Origin: Octopus bimaculoides
Taxonomy: Eukaryota
Direction of reading: 5' to 3'
Length of the DNA stretch: 57,151 bases
Assembly (NCBI RefSeq): GCF_001194135.2
Contig: NC_068987.1
Coordinates: forward strand, 92,348,144 to 92,405,294
The notes beneath the pieces were generated by a model, which saw nothing but the letters and a program-made list of their open reading frames with translations, was not told the DNA's origin and made no database searches. Made by a program: the position numbers and the translations under genes. The number at the start of each line of letters is the position of its first letter. The stretch's first letter is position 1. Shown piece by piece: positions 13,004 through 24,348 of the stretch.

Positions 13004-13082
13004 AGATATACAGCGAAATATTTTGTACAGCACGTTAACGGTTTTGGCTGCTTGAAACCACCACCACCACCACAAAACAGCT

Positions 13083-13096
13083 GCATCATCATCATT

Positions 13097-13136
<40 letters not shown>

Positions 13137-13224
13137 GCATCATCACCATCATCATCGTCATCATCATCATCACCAACAGCAGCAGCAGCAGCAACAAATG
13201 TCAGAACAACAACAATAATAATAA
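13083..13224. repeat. Compound (CAT)/(CAG)/(CAA)/(AAT) microsatellite
   Basis: Visible. Confidence 0.95.
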
Positions 13225-13370
13225 TCCTTTCCAGTATAGGTACAAGGGCTTGAAATTTTGAGGGAGTTAGATACTCAATTACATTGACACTTTTACTTAA
13301 CTTGGACGTATGTTATCAACTCTGAAATTATGAAAGGCAAAGTCGATCTTGCGGAATTTGAATTAGCATC
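13221..13370 (-). mobile_element. SINE family B, 5'-truncated
   Basis: cctttccagtataggtacaagggcttgaaatt tail plus atgaaaggcaaagtcgatcttgcggaatttgaa body. Confidence 0.75.
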
Positions 13371-14300
13371 GAACTACACCACAAATAACTTTGACTATTC
13401 GTTTGTGCAGCATCTTACGGTGCTATCAGAAATATGGATTTATTCCAACAGATGTAAAGACTCAAGCTCACTAATTTTTCCGCATTCAGCTCTTGCTTCT
13501 CACATTGCCTTTCACATCTTGACAATGCACATCTGTATATAGTCTGACAAAAGCATATGCGAACACGGCCCTTTCTCAACTCATTGCCTAAAGTTTCTTA
13601 CGACAATCTTGAGGGATTGAGCAATATTTATATGTAACAATGTTCAATACATTGTTTAAAGTGAAGATTGTCTTGGAGAGGTCAGTTCGAGGTTACGCAA
13701 CTCGTCATTTTCTCACTACATACTTTGTTATAAGCGTCAACCAAATTTATAGCACCATCATCAATACGTTAAATTCTGCTTGTAAGAATTATAAGTTAAT
13801 CACCCTTCTTTGCGTTCTACTGCCAAATTCAACAGACGTCTACCCTGATGTCAGCGAATATATCTAGCATACATACTTAAATATTATGCGATGGACCAGA
13901 AATATCCTCTGTAATTCAGCAGCTATCATTCTCATACCATTATGTCAGAATGAAATTACGATTAAGGATTCTAACATATGCATAAGCTGATATAGTTTTG
14001 GTGACGGTTACTTCTGATATTTGATTACAACAAAACATTAATTCACGAGTTTAACTGCATCACTTCTGGAAGGCTAAACAGTAAATACCATCTCACCTGC
14101 ATGTTCAATGCAGATAAATTTTTGTGACATCGCACGCTAATAAACGACTAAAACTACTCCATGGTATTGATATTACAAGTCGAAATTCAGGATTGACGAA
14201 AGTCATAAGGAGAGATATTGTTGGCACAGGATGATAACTCGCATCTCACCGCTGAAACGTAGAGAAGATATTAATGAGCCTTATCTTTATTTTAAAATAT

Positions 14301-14480
14301 TTTCTATTACAGGCACAAGGCCTGAAATTTTGTGGAGAGTGGGCCAGTTGATTATATCCACTCCGTTAATCAACTAGTATTTATTTGATCAACCTCGAAA
14401 AGATCGACCTTGGTGACATTTGAGCTCAGGCTGTAGCTACGAATCATATACTGCTGATCATCTTGACCGGCTGCAAGAGA
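14301..14480 (-). mobile_element. Diverged SINE family B
   Basis: tttctattacaggcacaaggcctgaaatt tail; tcgaccttggtgacatttgagctcag body. Confidence 0.7.
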
Positions 14481-15459
14481 TTTTGTCAGCTCATTTAATA
14501 ATAAACGATATAAATGTTGGTTTGCAGACTAATTTCTTCACTCGTTCTTCACATCTTACTCAGAGACTGAGTAAAAGAGATAAATAAAATCAACACAAGG
14601 CGTGTAGGATGAGTACACATACTAGGTTTCACGTAGATAATGAGTAAAGGAATGCAATAAATATACAGCCAGAGACAAAAACATAAAGACAGAAGAATTA
14701 GCGACGGAGTAATACAAATAGAAAATGTTGTTATTAGATTTTATATTTAAGGTAACAAATATCTCGGTTTTGAATATTAATTTTCATTTCATTTAATATT
14801 TTTTAGTTTAAGCACCAAGAAATGAGATAAAAGGTTATAATTATTGCACATATGCTGTAGTTACTGATATTTCCCTTAGAAAAAGTGCCCCGCCAAACTT
14901 TGCCGGAATATACCGCTCTATAGCATTATTACTACTAATAATACGAATTAGTATTACTAGAATGAAAGTGGTCATACAATAGAATCGTCAGAGATTCAAA
15001 TAAATATATAGCACCCATTCTTCAAATGCAGCCGATTTTGACTTTGCTTTTCATTCTATCGAGGTTGAGATAATGAGTAATAAAGTAATGTAGACGAAAT
15101 AACCGACTTGTTTCTCACCTCAGATTGTACCAAATTAGAAAGAATTTTTAGAAGAATGAGGTTGACAGATTCGTTGTCTCGTCAGAAAGTCGAAGAAACT
15201 GCTTCGATATTTATTTCGGTTTTTTATGTTTTGACTTCAAATCTCACCGCGTTTAATTTTGCCTTTAATCTTTTGGGAACCATAAAGGAATGCAACCCAG
15301 AAATACTGGAATTAATATAATCGAGTGGCGGTCGGCGTTTAAGAACAATGTGAAGTGATGCATTTGTATACTACCTGCGTATCAATATTATCTATTTGTA
15401 ACACTAAAATAATTCTTTCTCCTATTGATATAAGGCATGGAATTTTAAAGGGAGTGTTA

Positions 15460-15580
15460 TCGTCCAGTACATCAACTCAGTGCTCAAATGGTACATATTT
15501 TATCAACGGCGAAAGGATGAAAGGGAAGTCGACAACAGCGGAATTTGAACTCAGAACGTAAACCCGGAAGATTTGCCTCT
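15460..15580 (-). mobile_element. SINE family B internal fragment
   Basis: cgaaaggatgaaagggaagtcgacaacagcggaatttgaactcagaacgt is the reverse complement of the 18866 body. Confidence 0.8.
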
Positions 15581-16994
15581 TCCAACTTGCCGTGTTAATA
15601 CTTTTCTAGATTAAAAACACTCTATACAAAAAACACATCATTCATTTACACTTATGGACATTTTGCTTCTAAAATCGAGGAATCACGCTAAAAGAGAAAA
15701 CGAAAAGAAAGGACGGACTTCTATAAATATGGATTCCTGAAATGAACTATGGAAAGATTCAACATTGCGGTTACAAAGTATTGAATGGTAAGTTCTAAGA
15801 ATGCTTAACTTCAGCTGTTTTCGTTCAACATTTTCAGGCATTCGTTCCGTATGCTGTGTGGGTTGTTGTATTGTTTTAGGTTTAGTTTGAGGTCATCGCT
15901 GCTAAGGGATGCAGACAATGATGCTGAGACTTTGACGCTAAAGTAATTGTTAACTTCCTAATCCGATTATTTCATCCTCACGAATGAAGCTGTCAATTCA
16001 GTCATCATGTCTGCTTATTATTTATCCAGAAACTGAGAAATAGAATTGACCTAGCGTTCTTGCTCTAATGAATGCTGTGTGCTGTCACTTGAGTAATTGT
16101 TTTTGTTATTGCTTTTGTTGTGTTATTGTTCTTTTTTTATCTTCTAGCTGTCGTTTTAAAATTCTTATTTTATCCGTATTTTTTCTTCATAATATTATTA
16201 TGTTATTAACGTGAAAACGGAATAACTGAGATGGTGTAGCTTCCATACATGGTGTTAATTAAGTTTTTGTCTATGTATCCATATGACCTAAGTTCTTATC
16301 CTTCGAAGATCCAATTTGGCGTTTATGTTCGTGGTGATCATAAAACAAAGCATCAAACAGGTACAAGAAATTTGAGTAATTGCTTTTATTTGGAGACATC
16401 CATGTATCGTTAAGAAATTTAATTCACACCCGCCGAACGTAGGTCTTTACTTTTACTACTTGGTCATAAAATTGATCAGAAATTTGAAAGATACATCTTT
16501 AAATGATATTGAAGAATCTGGTGAGCCTCCGTTATCAAGACAGTTGTGAGTCCTGATCAATGGAATTGCGTTTCGCCACTTCTGTAACATTGGTTAGATA
16601 TTGTAAATATTGTATACTTTAACTTTGATGCGTCTTCTGTTTAATGTCTTCAAATAGAACGTGGAAAAAAAATCTGGCCAAAGAATAGAATACTCTAACA
16701 ACTATTGTTATCAGTCTATATCAGCTTGTAATATTGTTCTATCAGGTAAATGTTTTTCTGGAATACAACTGATATCCAAAGACATAAATTGTTGGCAGTT
16801 TATTGTAATACGATAGAAAACCTAGCCGTACCAGTCATTTAAAACGTAGGTTGGTTACGTTTTTCAAAGGTATTCTAGATTATTTCTCATTAAGAGTCCA
16901 TATCATTTTGGCTTAGGATTTTTTAATGTTAGAAATATCTAAATATTTGTATTTGTTCACCATATTCATCATACACTACACTTATATTTCCTAG

Positions 16995-17032
16995 GAATGA
17001 AACATCATCTGTATGTTCAACCTTTTCCCTTG
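16995..17032 (+). CDS. Candidate 38-nt exon, product unknown
   Basis: tatttcctag acceptor and TG|GTAAGA donor. Two open frames (NETSSVCSTFSL or MKHHLYVQPFPL). Confidence 0.25.
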
Positions 17033-18767
17033 GTAAGACTTACATAAGTTACTCGTAACCGAATATTTTCTAATTTTGTGATATCCTCAAAAGTTTGTCT
17101 CCACTCTTTAGAAATATTTCAGAATCTTTATCCCGGAACCGTTTCAAGTTATTAGCAAATCAGCGTCAAATCTGACGACATATATTTGATCAGTGAGCCT
17201 ACGAAAGTGCTGTGTTCAATCTTCTCTCTCTTTCGCGAAAATTCATGTTTAAAACAGATAACGGGAATTTGTTCTTATCAATCTCTTTGATGTTTTCACA
17301 GACCTAAGCTAAGTGAATATATGTTTAAGGGAATACTCTCTCAGGGTTAAAATGCATTTTCATTCTCTGCAAAAAATAAGTACATTTTGACACATTTTTC
17401 TGAATCTCGAACGTGCTTAGATATATTCCATTTATATTTCTGATTCTGAGAAAGTAGTTTTATGCTGTATAAGAAGTATTCCATGTCTGTAGCATGCACA
17501 ATATTTACAATAGGAAATGTATTTCTTGCACGGAGTGCAAGGAGGATTGCTTTCGAATTCACTGTGGTGAAAACAATGAGTAAAATTTGATATCTTGCAA
17601 TTGTTGTTATTTAGTGCTATCTAATTGGATTGATTTAGTACAATCGAAAACTTTCCATCCGTGGCTATCTCGACCTTTTAAAAATAGATAGACTACTTTT
17701 ACTTGCTCTTTTGAATATGATTTGAGGTAATTTGGCTACTATATCTTGCCAGCCGGACAAGCGAATGCGAACAAGCTTTCTCCGTTGTTATTTTTATTGT
17801 TAGTGATGTTGTGGCAGTTTAAAGTGTTGTCATTATTGTTGTTGCTTTTCCATGTGCTGTTATTGTTGTTATTGGCTGGATTAGAAGTGGTGGCGATTGT
17901 TGTGAGGTTACTGGATTCCTTTAGTTTTTTTTCTTGTTGTATTGTTATTTTATTGTTGCTACTGGGTTATACGTTGTTGTATTTGTAGTAGTAATTTTAA
18001 ATGTTATAGTAGTAAAAGTAGGAGTACCATTAGTATAAGTAGTGGTAGTAGTTGTTGTTGCCTTATTGCCATTGTATCTGTCGGTGTTTTTGTCTTGATA
18101 CTGTTGTTCTTGTTCTCGTTTTTCATATTTTCCTCCTTAACCTCTCCATTTTCGCCTCTCATTGTTTAATAGTTATTCTTTTATTATTTTGTTCCTGCGT
18201 TTGTTTTCAATCTTCAGCTGAAAGTCCGCTTGACAGCGGCTGCATATGACAATAGGCGGAGGAGAGAATCTATACAGCGAGATAGAGATACAAAAAATTG
18301 AAGAAATGAAAAACAAAAAAAAACAAAACAAAATAAAGTACAATCATAAAAACAAAAACAAAAAAAACGTTATACGTGCTGTTTTGGTGTGTGCCGGTTC
18401 CAATGTGTAGATTCATGTCATTGTTTTCTTTCTTTTTTGTTTGTTTGTTTGTAACTGTAATTGTGGATATCTGCATGGATTTGTCTTTTTGTGTTGTTTG
18501 GATTGCGCAGGTGTGGGGATGTTTAAAATACGCATGTTATCATGAAAAAGACAGCTCTGAGAAACAATGAAGAGAACGACAACGACGGTTATGAAAATGA
18601 TGATGATGATGATGATATTGGAAATAATGACGTTGATGCGTAGGAAGAAGAAAATTGTGATGATGATTATTAGAAACTGATAAGATGATCGCTATAAGCA
18701 TGCTGCCAATGATGATAATGATGCCTACAGTGTTGATGGGGTCTCTAAGAAAACATCAACTTTAAAT

Positions 18768-18865
18768 TTCTTCTTCTTCTTCTTCTTCTTCTTCTTCTTC
18801 TTCTTCTTCTTCTTCTTCTTCTTCTTCTCATTGTTATTATTATTATCATCATTATTATTTTTATT
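18768..18865. repeat. (TTC)n then (TTA)-type microsatellite
   Basis: Visible. Confidence 0.95.
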
Positions 18866-19097
18866 AGGCGGTGAGCTGGCAGAATCGGCATCACGTCGGG
18901 AGAAATGTTTAGTGGTATTTCGTCTGCCACTGCGTTCTGAGTTCAAATTCCGCCGCGGTTGACTTTGCCTTTCATCCTTTCGGGGTCGATAAATTAAGTA
19001 CCAGTTACGTACTGGGGTCGATATAATCGACTTAATCCGTTTGTCTGTCCTTGTTTGTCCCCTCTGAGTGTAGCCCCTTGTGGGCAGTAAAGAAATA
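18866..19097 (+). mobile_element. Full-length tRNA-derived SINE family B, tail type 1
   Basis: A-box-like TGGCAGAATCGG, B-box-like GAGTTCAAATTCC, body shared with nine other in-window copies or fragments, tail gtagccccttgtgggcagtaaagaaata. Confidence 0.9.
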
Positions 19098-19252
19098 GGT
19101 ATTTCGTCTGAATTCAAGTTCCGCTTAAGTCGACTTTGCCATTCACCCTTCCGAGGTCGATAAATTAAGTACTAGTGAAACACTGGGGTCGATGTAATCG
19201 ACTTATCTCCGCCCCACAAAAAATGGTTACCGGTGTGGCAAAATTTGAAACC
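19098..19252 (+). mobile_element. 5'-truncated SINE family B, tail type 2
   Basis: Repeats ggtatttcgtct...gtcgactttgcc...ggggtcgatgtaatcgact; tail gtgtggcaaaatttgaaacc. Confidence 0.87.
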
Positions 19253-19273
19253 CTCATTCTTATTACTATTGTT

Positions 19274-19458
19274 AGAGCAGCAAGCTGGTAGAACTATTAA
19301 CTCGCAGGGCATTTCGTCCATTTTTACGATCCGAGATCAATTTCCACTGAGATCGATTTTGCCATTCACACTTTCGGGTTCTTTCGGGTCCTTTCGGGGT
19401 CTATAATATAAGTACAAGTTGAACACTGGGGTAAATGTAATCGATTTATCCTTTCTCC
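19274..19458 (+). mobile_element. Older SINE family B copy with an internal 10-bp triplication
   Basis: agcaagctggtagaac head, shared body, ctttcgggtt/ctttcgggtc/ctttcggggt at 19371-19400. Confidence 0.8.
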
Positions 19459-19803
19459 AACTAGATAGGATTTTACGGGACACCATCCTAGCTAAGAACT
19501 GGACTACACACCTTTCTCGAAGACCAATCTAAATAACCTATCTTTGTAGTTTATGCGATTGGCGGACATTGATTTAGAGGAAGATTTGTAAATGACCGTG
19601 GACTGGGGCCAAATTTGAAACGAATATTACTTGTTCAGCAAACTACACTCAGAAGACATAGATGAGAGAATCTCTGATACGATGTGGAGAAATGTATTGA
19701 TGCAGTTTACTGCTTCCAAAAACGAAGATTCAGACAAATCATTGGATGAAATTGTTGTCCATATATATCTGTGATGCATGTGCTACCCACTGTGTGTGCC
19801 AGA

Positions 19804-19855
19804 GAAATACAATAGTTAAGAAATACAATAGTTATGAAATAAAATAGTTACGAAA
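19804..19855. repeat. 16-bp tandem repeat x3
   Basis: gaaatacaatagttaa / gaaatacaatagttat / gaaataaaatagttac. Confidence 0.9.
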
Positions 19856-20580
19856 CGTTATGACGATATAAGTGATGCTAAATAAATCTGTGGCTGTCCG
19901 CCAAATTTATGCCGTACTATGGGTGGGTTGTTAAAGAATAGCTGGAGAAAGGTGGTCAGGGAGCATCAGAAAGGACTTGCAATTCCTAATGGTAGCCGAA
20001 GGTTACAAGTTTATACCAGAAATGTGAAGGGAAATAGGGCTAATCGATACTCAGGTCTTAGTAACCTTTTATAAAGAATTTTGCCCGAAAGAAAGAATAT
20101 ACAAGACAAGAAAAGAAGAGAGAAAAGAATTGCAGACCAGTAGAATAAGCAATATGATTCCAGTTCCTAGCGCACCTGTAGCCATCGCTCTGGAAATATC
20201 ATAAGTGACATGGAGCCCTTTTAAAAGAGACAAGCTATTAGATGCTTTTTCAGATGAGACTACGGGACCACTAATCGTCAACAAAAGTCCATCGCCTTTT
20301 GACAAGGGAAAAGATGATAGCTGCAGAAACTGCGAGAAGAAATAAAAGGAAAAAAAATATTAAATGTCATAAAACAAAAACAAATAAAACTGCAACAAAA
20401 AATTAAACCCGGGTCAAGAACAATCTCTTCAAAGCAATAGCAGTGATGTTCCTCGAGAAATGGTTAAAATGATGATGAGGCGATCGAAAATTTGAGACTC
20501 AACTGTCTTCGAAACACAAACAGACAGTTAAAAGACAAAATCAGGGGTCACTGCAAGACAAACCAACTTAAATTGTCAAA

Positions 20581-20930
20581 CCGTTGAGTTGGACAAGGAA
20601 ACACAGAGACGCACACACGCGCGTGCGCACACACATTCATTTATATATATATAATAAATAAGTTCGCGCGCGCAAGAAGGCTGTAAGAACAGCTTAAAGA
20701 AACGGGTAAGTACCCTTTAATTAACCTTTAAAAGACGAAGAATAAAAGAGGGCCGCGAGCATCGACAGGGAATCGAAACCTGCATTTCACAAATTCCATC
20801 TCAGCTTGCTGGCCACTTTTCCGTTTTCGAACGAATATTTACCCGATTTTTTAAGTTGTCCCCACAGCCATCCTGCGTCCGCGAGCTCTATTATTTTCCG
20901 TAGATTACCTAAACATTCGGCGCTTATAAG
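20581..20930. promoter_or_regulatory. CpG-rich island, possible promoter or 5' exon
   Basis: About 26 CpG in 350 bp by hand count, plus a consensus CGG|GTAAGT donor at 20706. Function is inferred only. Confidence 0.22.
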
Positions 20931-20941
20931 TTTGTTTACAG

Positions 20942-20988
<47 letters not shown>

Positions 20989-21090
20989 NNNNNNNNNNNN
21001 NNNNNNNNNNNNNNNNNNNNNNNNNNNNNNNNNNNNNNNNNNNNNNNNNNNNNNNNNNNNNNNNNNNNNNNNNNNNNNNNNNNNNNNNNN

Positions 21091-21375
21091 GCGAAAACAC
21101 CTTAAGTTCCACGAGGCTCCGGCAGGGGATGGTGGTGAACCCTGCTGTACTCTTCCACCACAACTTTCTCTCACTCTTTCTTCCTGTTTCTGTTGTACCT
21201 GTATTTCAAAGGGCCAGCCTTGTCATACTGTGTCACGCTGAATATCCCCGAGAACTACGTTAAGGGTACACATGTCTGTGGAGTACTCAGCCACTTGCAC
21301 GTTAATTTCACGAGCAGGCTGTTCCGTTGATTGCAGCAACTGGAACCCTCGACGTCGTAAGCGACGGAGTGCCAA
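21091..21375 (+). mobile_element. tRNA-derived SINE family A, 5' end lost in an N-gap
   Basis: Strongly similar to the reverse complement of 35544-35899; followed by (CA)n. Confidence 0.9.
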
Positions 21376-21464
21376 GCACACACACACACACACTGTTATA
21401 AATGCAACGATATCTATAAATAAGTTACAGGGAATAATACATGTGCAGTTGAATGGGGCAGAGA

Positions 21465-21484
21465 TGATGGTGATGAAGATGATG

Positions 21485-21515
<31 letters not shown>

Positions 21516-21545
21516 AGATGATGATGATGATGAGGATGATGATAA
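21465..21545. repeat. (GAT)n microsatellite
   Basis: Visible. Confidence 0.95.
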
Positions 21546-21722
21546 CAATGCTACTAGTAATAAGTTATAGCAATAGAAATGTTTTATCTTTGTTTAGTCG
21601 TGTCACCGTAGAGGACGCTTCTGAAATGTTGCTTGCTGAAAGTTTTGATTTCCTTAACGGTACATCACACGATAGTCACTGTCACTCGTAAGCTTGCCAC
21701 ATAACACACGTGTTATATATAT

Positions 21723-22637
21723 NNNNNNNNNNNNNNNNNNNNNNNNNNNNNNNNNNNNNNNNNNNNNNNNNNNNNNNNNNNNNNNNNNNNNNNNNNNNNN
21801 NNNNNNNNNNNNNNNNNNNNNNNNNNNNNNNNNNNNNNNNNNNNNNNNNNNNNNNNNNNNNNNNNNNNNNNNNNNNNNNNNNNNNNNNNNNNNNNNNNNN
21901 NNNNNNNNNNNNNNNNNNNNNNNNNNNNNNNNNNNNNNNNNNNNNNNNNNNNNNNNNNNNNNNNNNNNNNNNNNNNNNNNNNNNNNNNNNNNNNNNNNNN
22001 NNNNNNNNNNNNNNNNNNNNNNNNNNNNNNNNNNNNNNNNNNNNNNNNNNNNNNNNNNNNNNNNNNNNNNNNNNNNNNNNNNNNNNNNNNNNNNNNNNNN
22101 NNNNNNNNNNNNNNNNNNNNNNNNNNNNNNNNNNNNNNNNNNNNNNNNNNNNNNNNNNNNNNNNNNNNNNNNNNNNNNNNNNNNNNNNNNNNNNNNNNNN
22201 NNNNNNNNNNNNNNNNNNNNNNNNNNNNNNNNNNNNNNNNNNNNNNNNNNNNNNNNNNNNNNNNNNNNNNNNNNNNNNNNNNNNNNNNNNNNNNNNNNNN
22301 NNNNNNNNNNNNNNNNNNNNNNNNNNNNNNNNNNNNNNNNNNNNNNNNNNNNNNNNNNNNNNNNNNNNNNNNNNNNNNNNNNNNNNNNNNNNNNNNNNNN
22401 NNNNNNNNNNNNNNNNNNNNNNNNNNNNNNNNNNNNNNNNNNNNNNNNNNNNNNNNNNNNNNNNNNNNNNNNNNNNNNNNNNNNNNNNNNNNNNNNNNNN
22501 NNNNNNNNNNNNNNNNNNNNNNNNNNNNNNNNNNNNNNNNNNNNNNNNNNNNNNNNNNNNNNNNNNNNNNNNNNNNNNNNNNNNNNNNNNNNNNNNNNNN
22601 NNNNNNNNNNNNNNNNNNNNNNNNNNNNNNNNNNNNN
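21723..22637. other. Largest of 14 assembly gaps
   Basis: N run flanked by (TA)n. Confidence 0.98.
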
Positions 22638-23492
22638 TATATATATATACACACGAATGCACACTGACATCCTTAGATAAATGTGAATGTACGAATGTAC
22701 ATTCGTGTGTGTGTATGTGTGTGTGTGTGTGCGTGTGTGTGTGTGTTCATAAATATACCTTTATAAAGTATGAAGGTTTTGAATTTGTAATTTGTTCGCA
22801 AATGGTTCTCTCCACATAAATTTTACCGATATCTCATAAGAGGAATCTGCTCATCGCTTCGCTAAACACATCTTCACTTTCCCCAGATTTCTTTCACTTA
22901 TTCCTTCTCATATTTATTATTTTTCTTCTTTTTTTTTTGCTACTCTGGCTATTTTTCTCTTGTTTCTGTTTTTGCTCTTCTTCCTCTAAATGTTGTTCTT
23001 CATGTTGTTATTTTGTTATTAATATTATCATTATTGTTATTAATATAAGCCTCATCAGTTGACTGTCAGCGATTCTCAACTACTTGGAGATGCATGCAAA
23101 CACATAGACAGTGACAGCTACACACGCATGCGCGTGCACACACTCGTACACTCGCATGCACATACATATTAAATAGATTTTCTTTTTGTGTAATTTAGTT
23201 AGAAATTCACTCAGGTTAACAACACATCTTTCACTATTAATAAAATTCATAACAAGACCACGAACGCCTAAAAGTATGAACGTAGTAACAGCTATAACAG
23301 CTATATCATTGGTAAGAGACAAAAAGTATTCTTTGTGAATCGTTTTACGAACGTCTAAGAATACACACGTTCAATGAAATATCCAAGGAAATCAAACGAA
23401 CTGGCTATTGTTCTTATCCACAATATTATATTAATTTCAAGTTTTGGCAATAGCGTGCCAGTCTACTGCCGTTACACACTTTGTAATATTCG

Positions 23493-23698
23493 ATTCAAAT
23501 TTTGACACAAGGCCAGCATTTTCAGGGGTGGGGTTGAATCGATTACATCGACCTCAATGCCCAACTGCTACTTATTTTCTCGACCCCAAAAATATGACAG
23601 GCAAAGTCAACCTCGGCGGAATTTGAACTCAGAATGATGGTCGAATGTTCTGCAAAACTTTAGCTGGGTGTGCTAACGATTCTGCCTGCTCGCCGCCC
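23493..23698 (-). mobile_element. Full-length diverged SINE family B, tail type 2
   Basis: Reverse complement reads ggcggcgagcaggcagaatcgttagcac...ttctgagttcaaattccgccgaggttgactttgcc...ggccttgtgtcaaaatttgaatc. Confidence 0.88.
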
Positions 23699-24144
23699 TA
23701 ATCTCTCTAATTATATCAATCAGAGGTAACCTGATCAAAGAACAACGACTTTTTCTAAGACAAATTCTTACGTGAAAGTAAATACCAGGTATGAGATCGG
23801 AATATTTAAATTATACGAGTCTTCAAAATTCTTGTACCCAATTGAACATATATTCTTCATGTTCTCACGGAGTTGAAGCGCAATATAGAAATACACACAT
23901 GATATAATCATTTAACGGAACAAAATTTTCTTGGGCTGTCTTTTATAGTTCACATCGCAAATTGTTTCAAATTCAAACTTATTCTGCAACAAATATATTT
24001 CTAATTCAAATGCGAAATAAATATTATCTTCCTTTAAAATTTTTCTTGAAATATAGCTGTGCATTTCCCAGTCTAATAATAGACTATAGTATGAAAACAA
24101 ATCGTTGAGGTCATTTTTGGGGTCAGCTGTCAACTTAAGCATCC

Positions 24145-24188
24145 TCAGCTTATTATGCAGCATGAACAGATATTTAAGTTCAAGTTCA
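24145..24188 (-). CDS. Candidate terminal coding exon ending in a CaaX box ((M)NLNLNICSCCIIS*)
   Basis: Acceptor gtttttctctatcattttcag; in phase with the 24308-24348 exon; TGA at 24145-24147. Confidence 0.35.
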
Positions 24189-24307
24189 CTGAAAATGATA
24201 GAGAAAAACCCCAAAAGACAGCAAGAGGGCACATATGAGTCACCGAGTGGCCTAATGCATAGAAATACAAGTAGTCTAATTGGATAAAATAGTTTAATTT
24301 CATTTAC

Positions 24308-24348
24308 TTTTCTTAACAAGCGGGACGGATAATATACTTCTAAATACA
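24308..24348 (-). CDS. Candidate 41-nt exon (VFRSILSVPLVKK or YLEVYYPSRLLRK)
   Basis: Very strong acceptor (long poly-T, then gtccctctttttctgtttttctttacag), AAA|GTAAAT donor, 119-nt GT-AG intron below it. Confidence 0.4.

Noticed and set aside
19650-19800. Weak RTE thumb-like peptide (EKCIDAVYCFQKRRFRQIIG*)
   Set aside because: Too degenerate to support without a profile search.
20758-20790. tRNA-Gly-like 3' end on the minus strand (TTCGATTCCCTGTCGATGC)
   Set aside because: No matching 5' half, D arm or anticodon arm.
21654-22819. 300+ aa ORFs here and at the other gaps
   Set aside because: Made almost entirely of X from N-runs.
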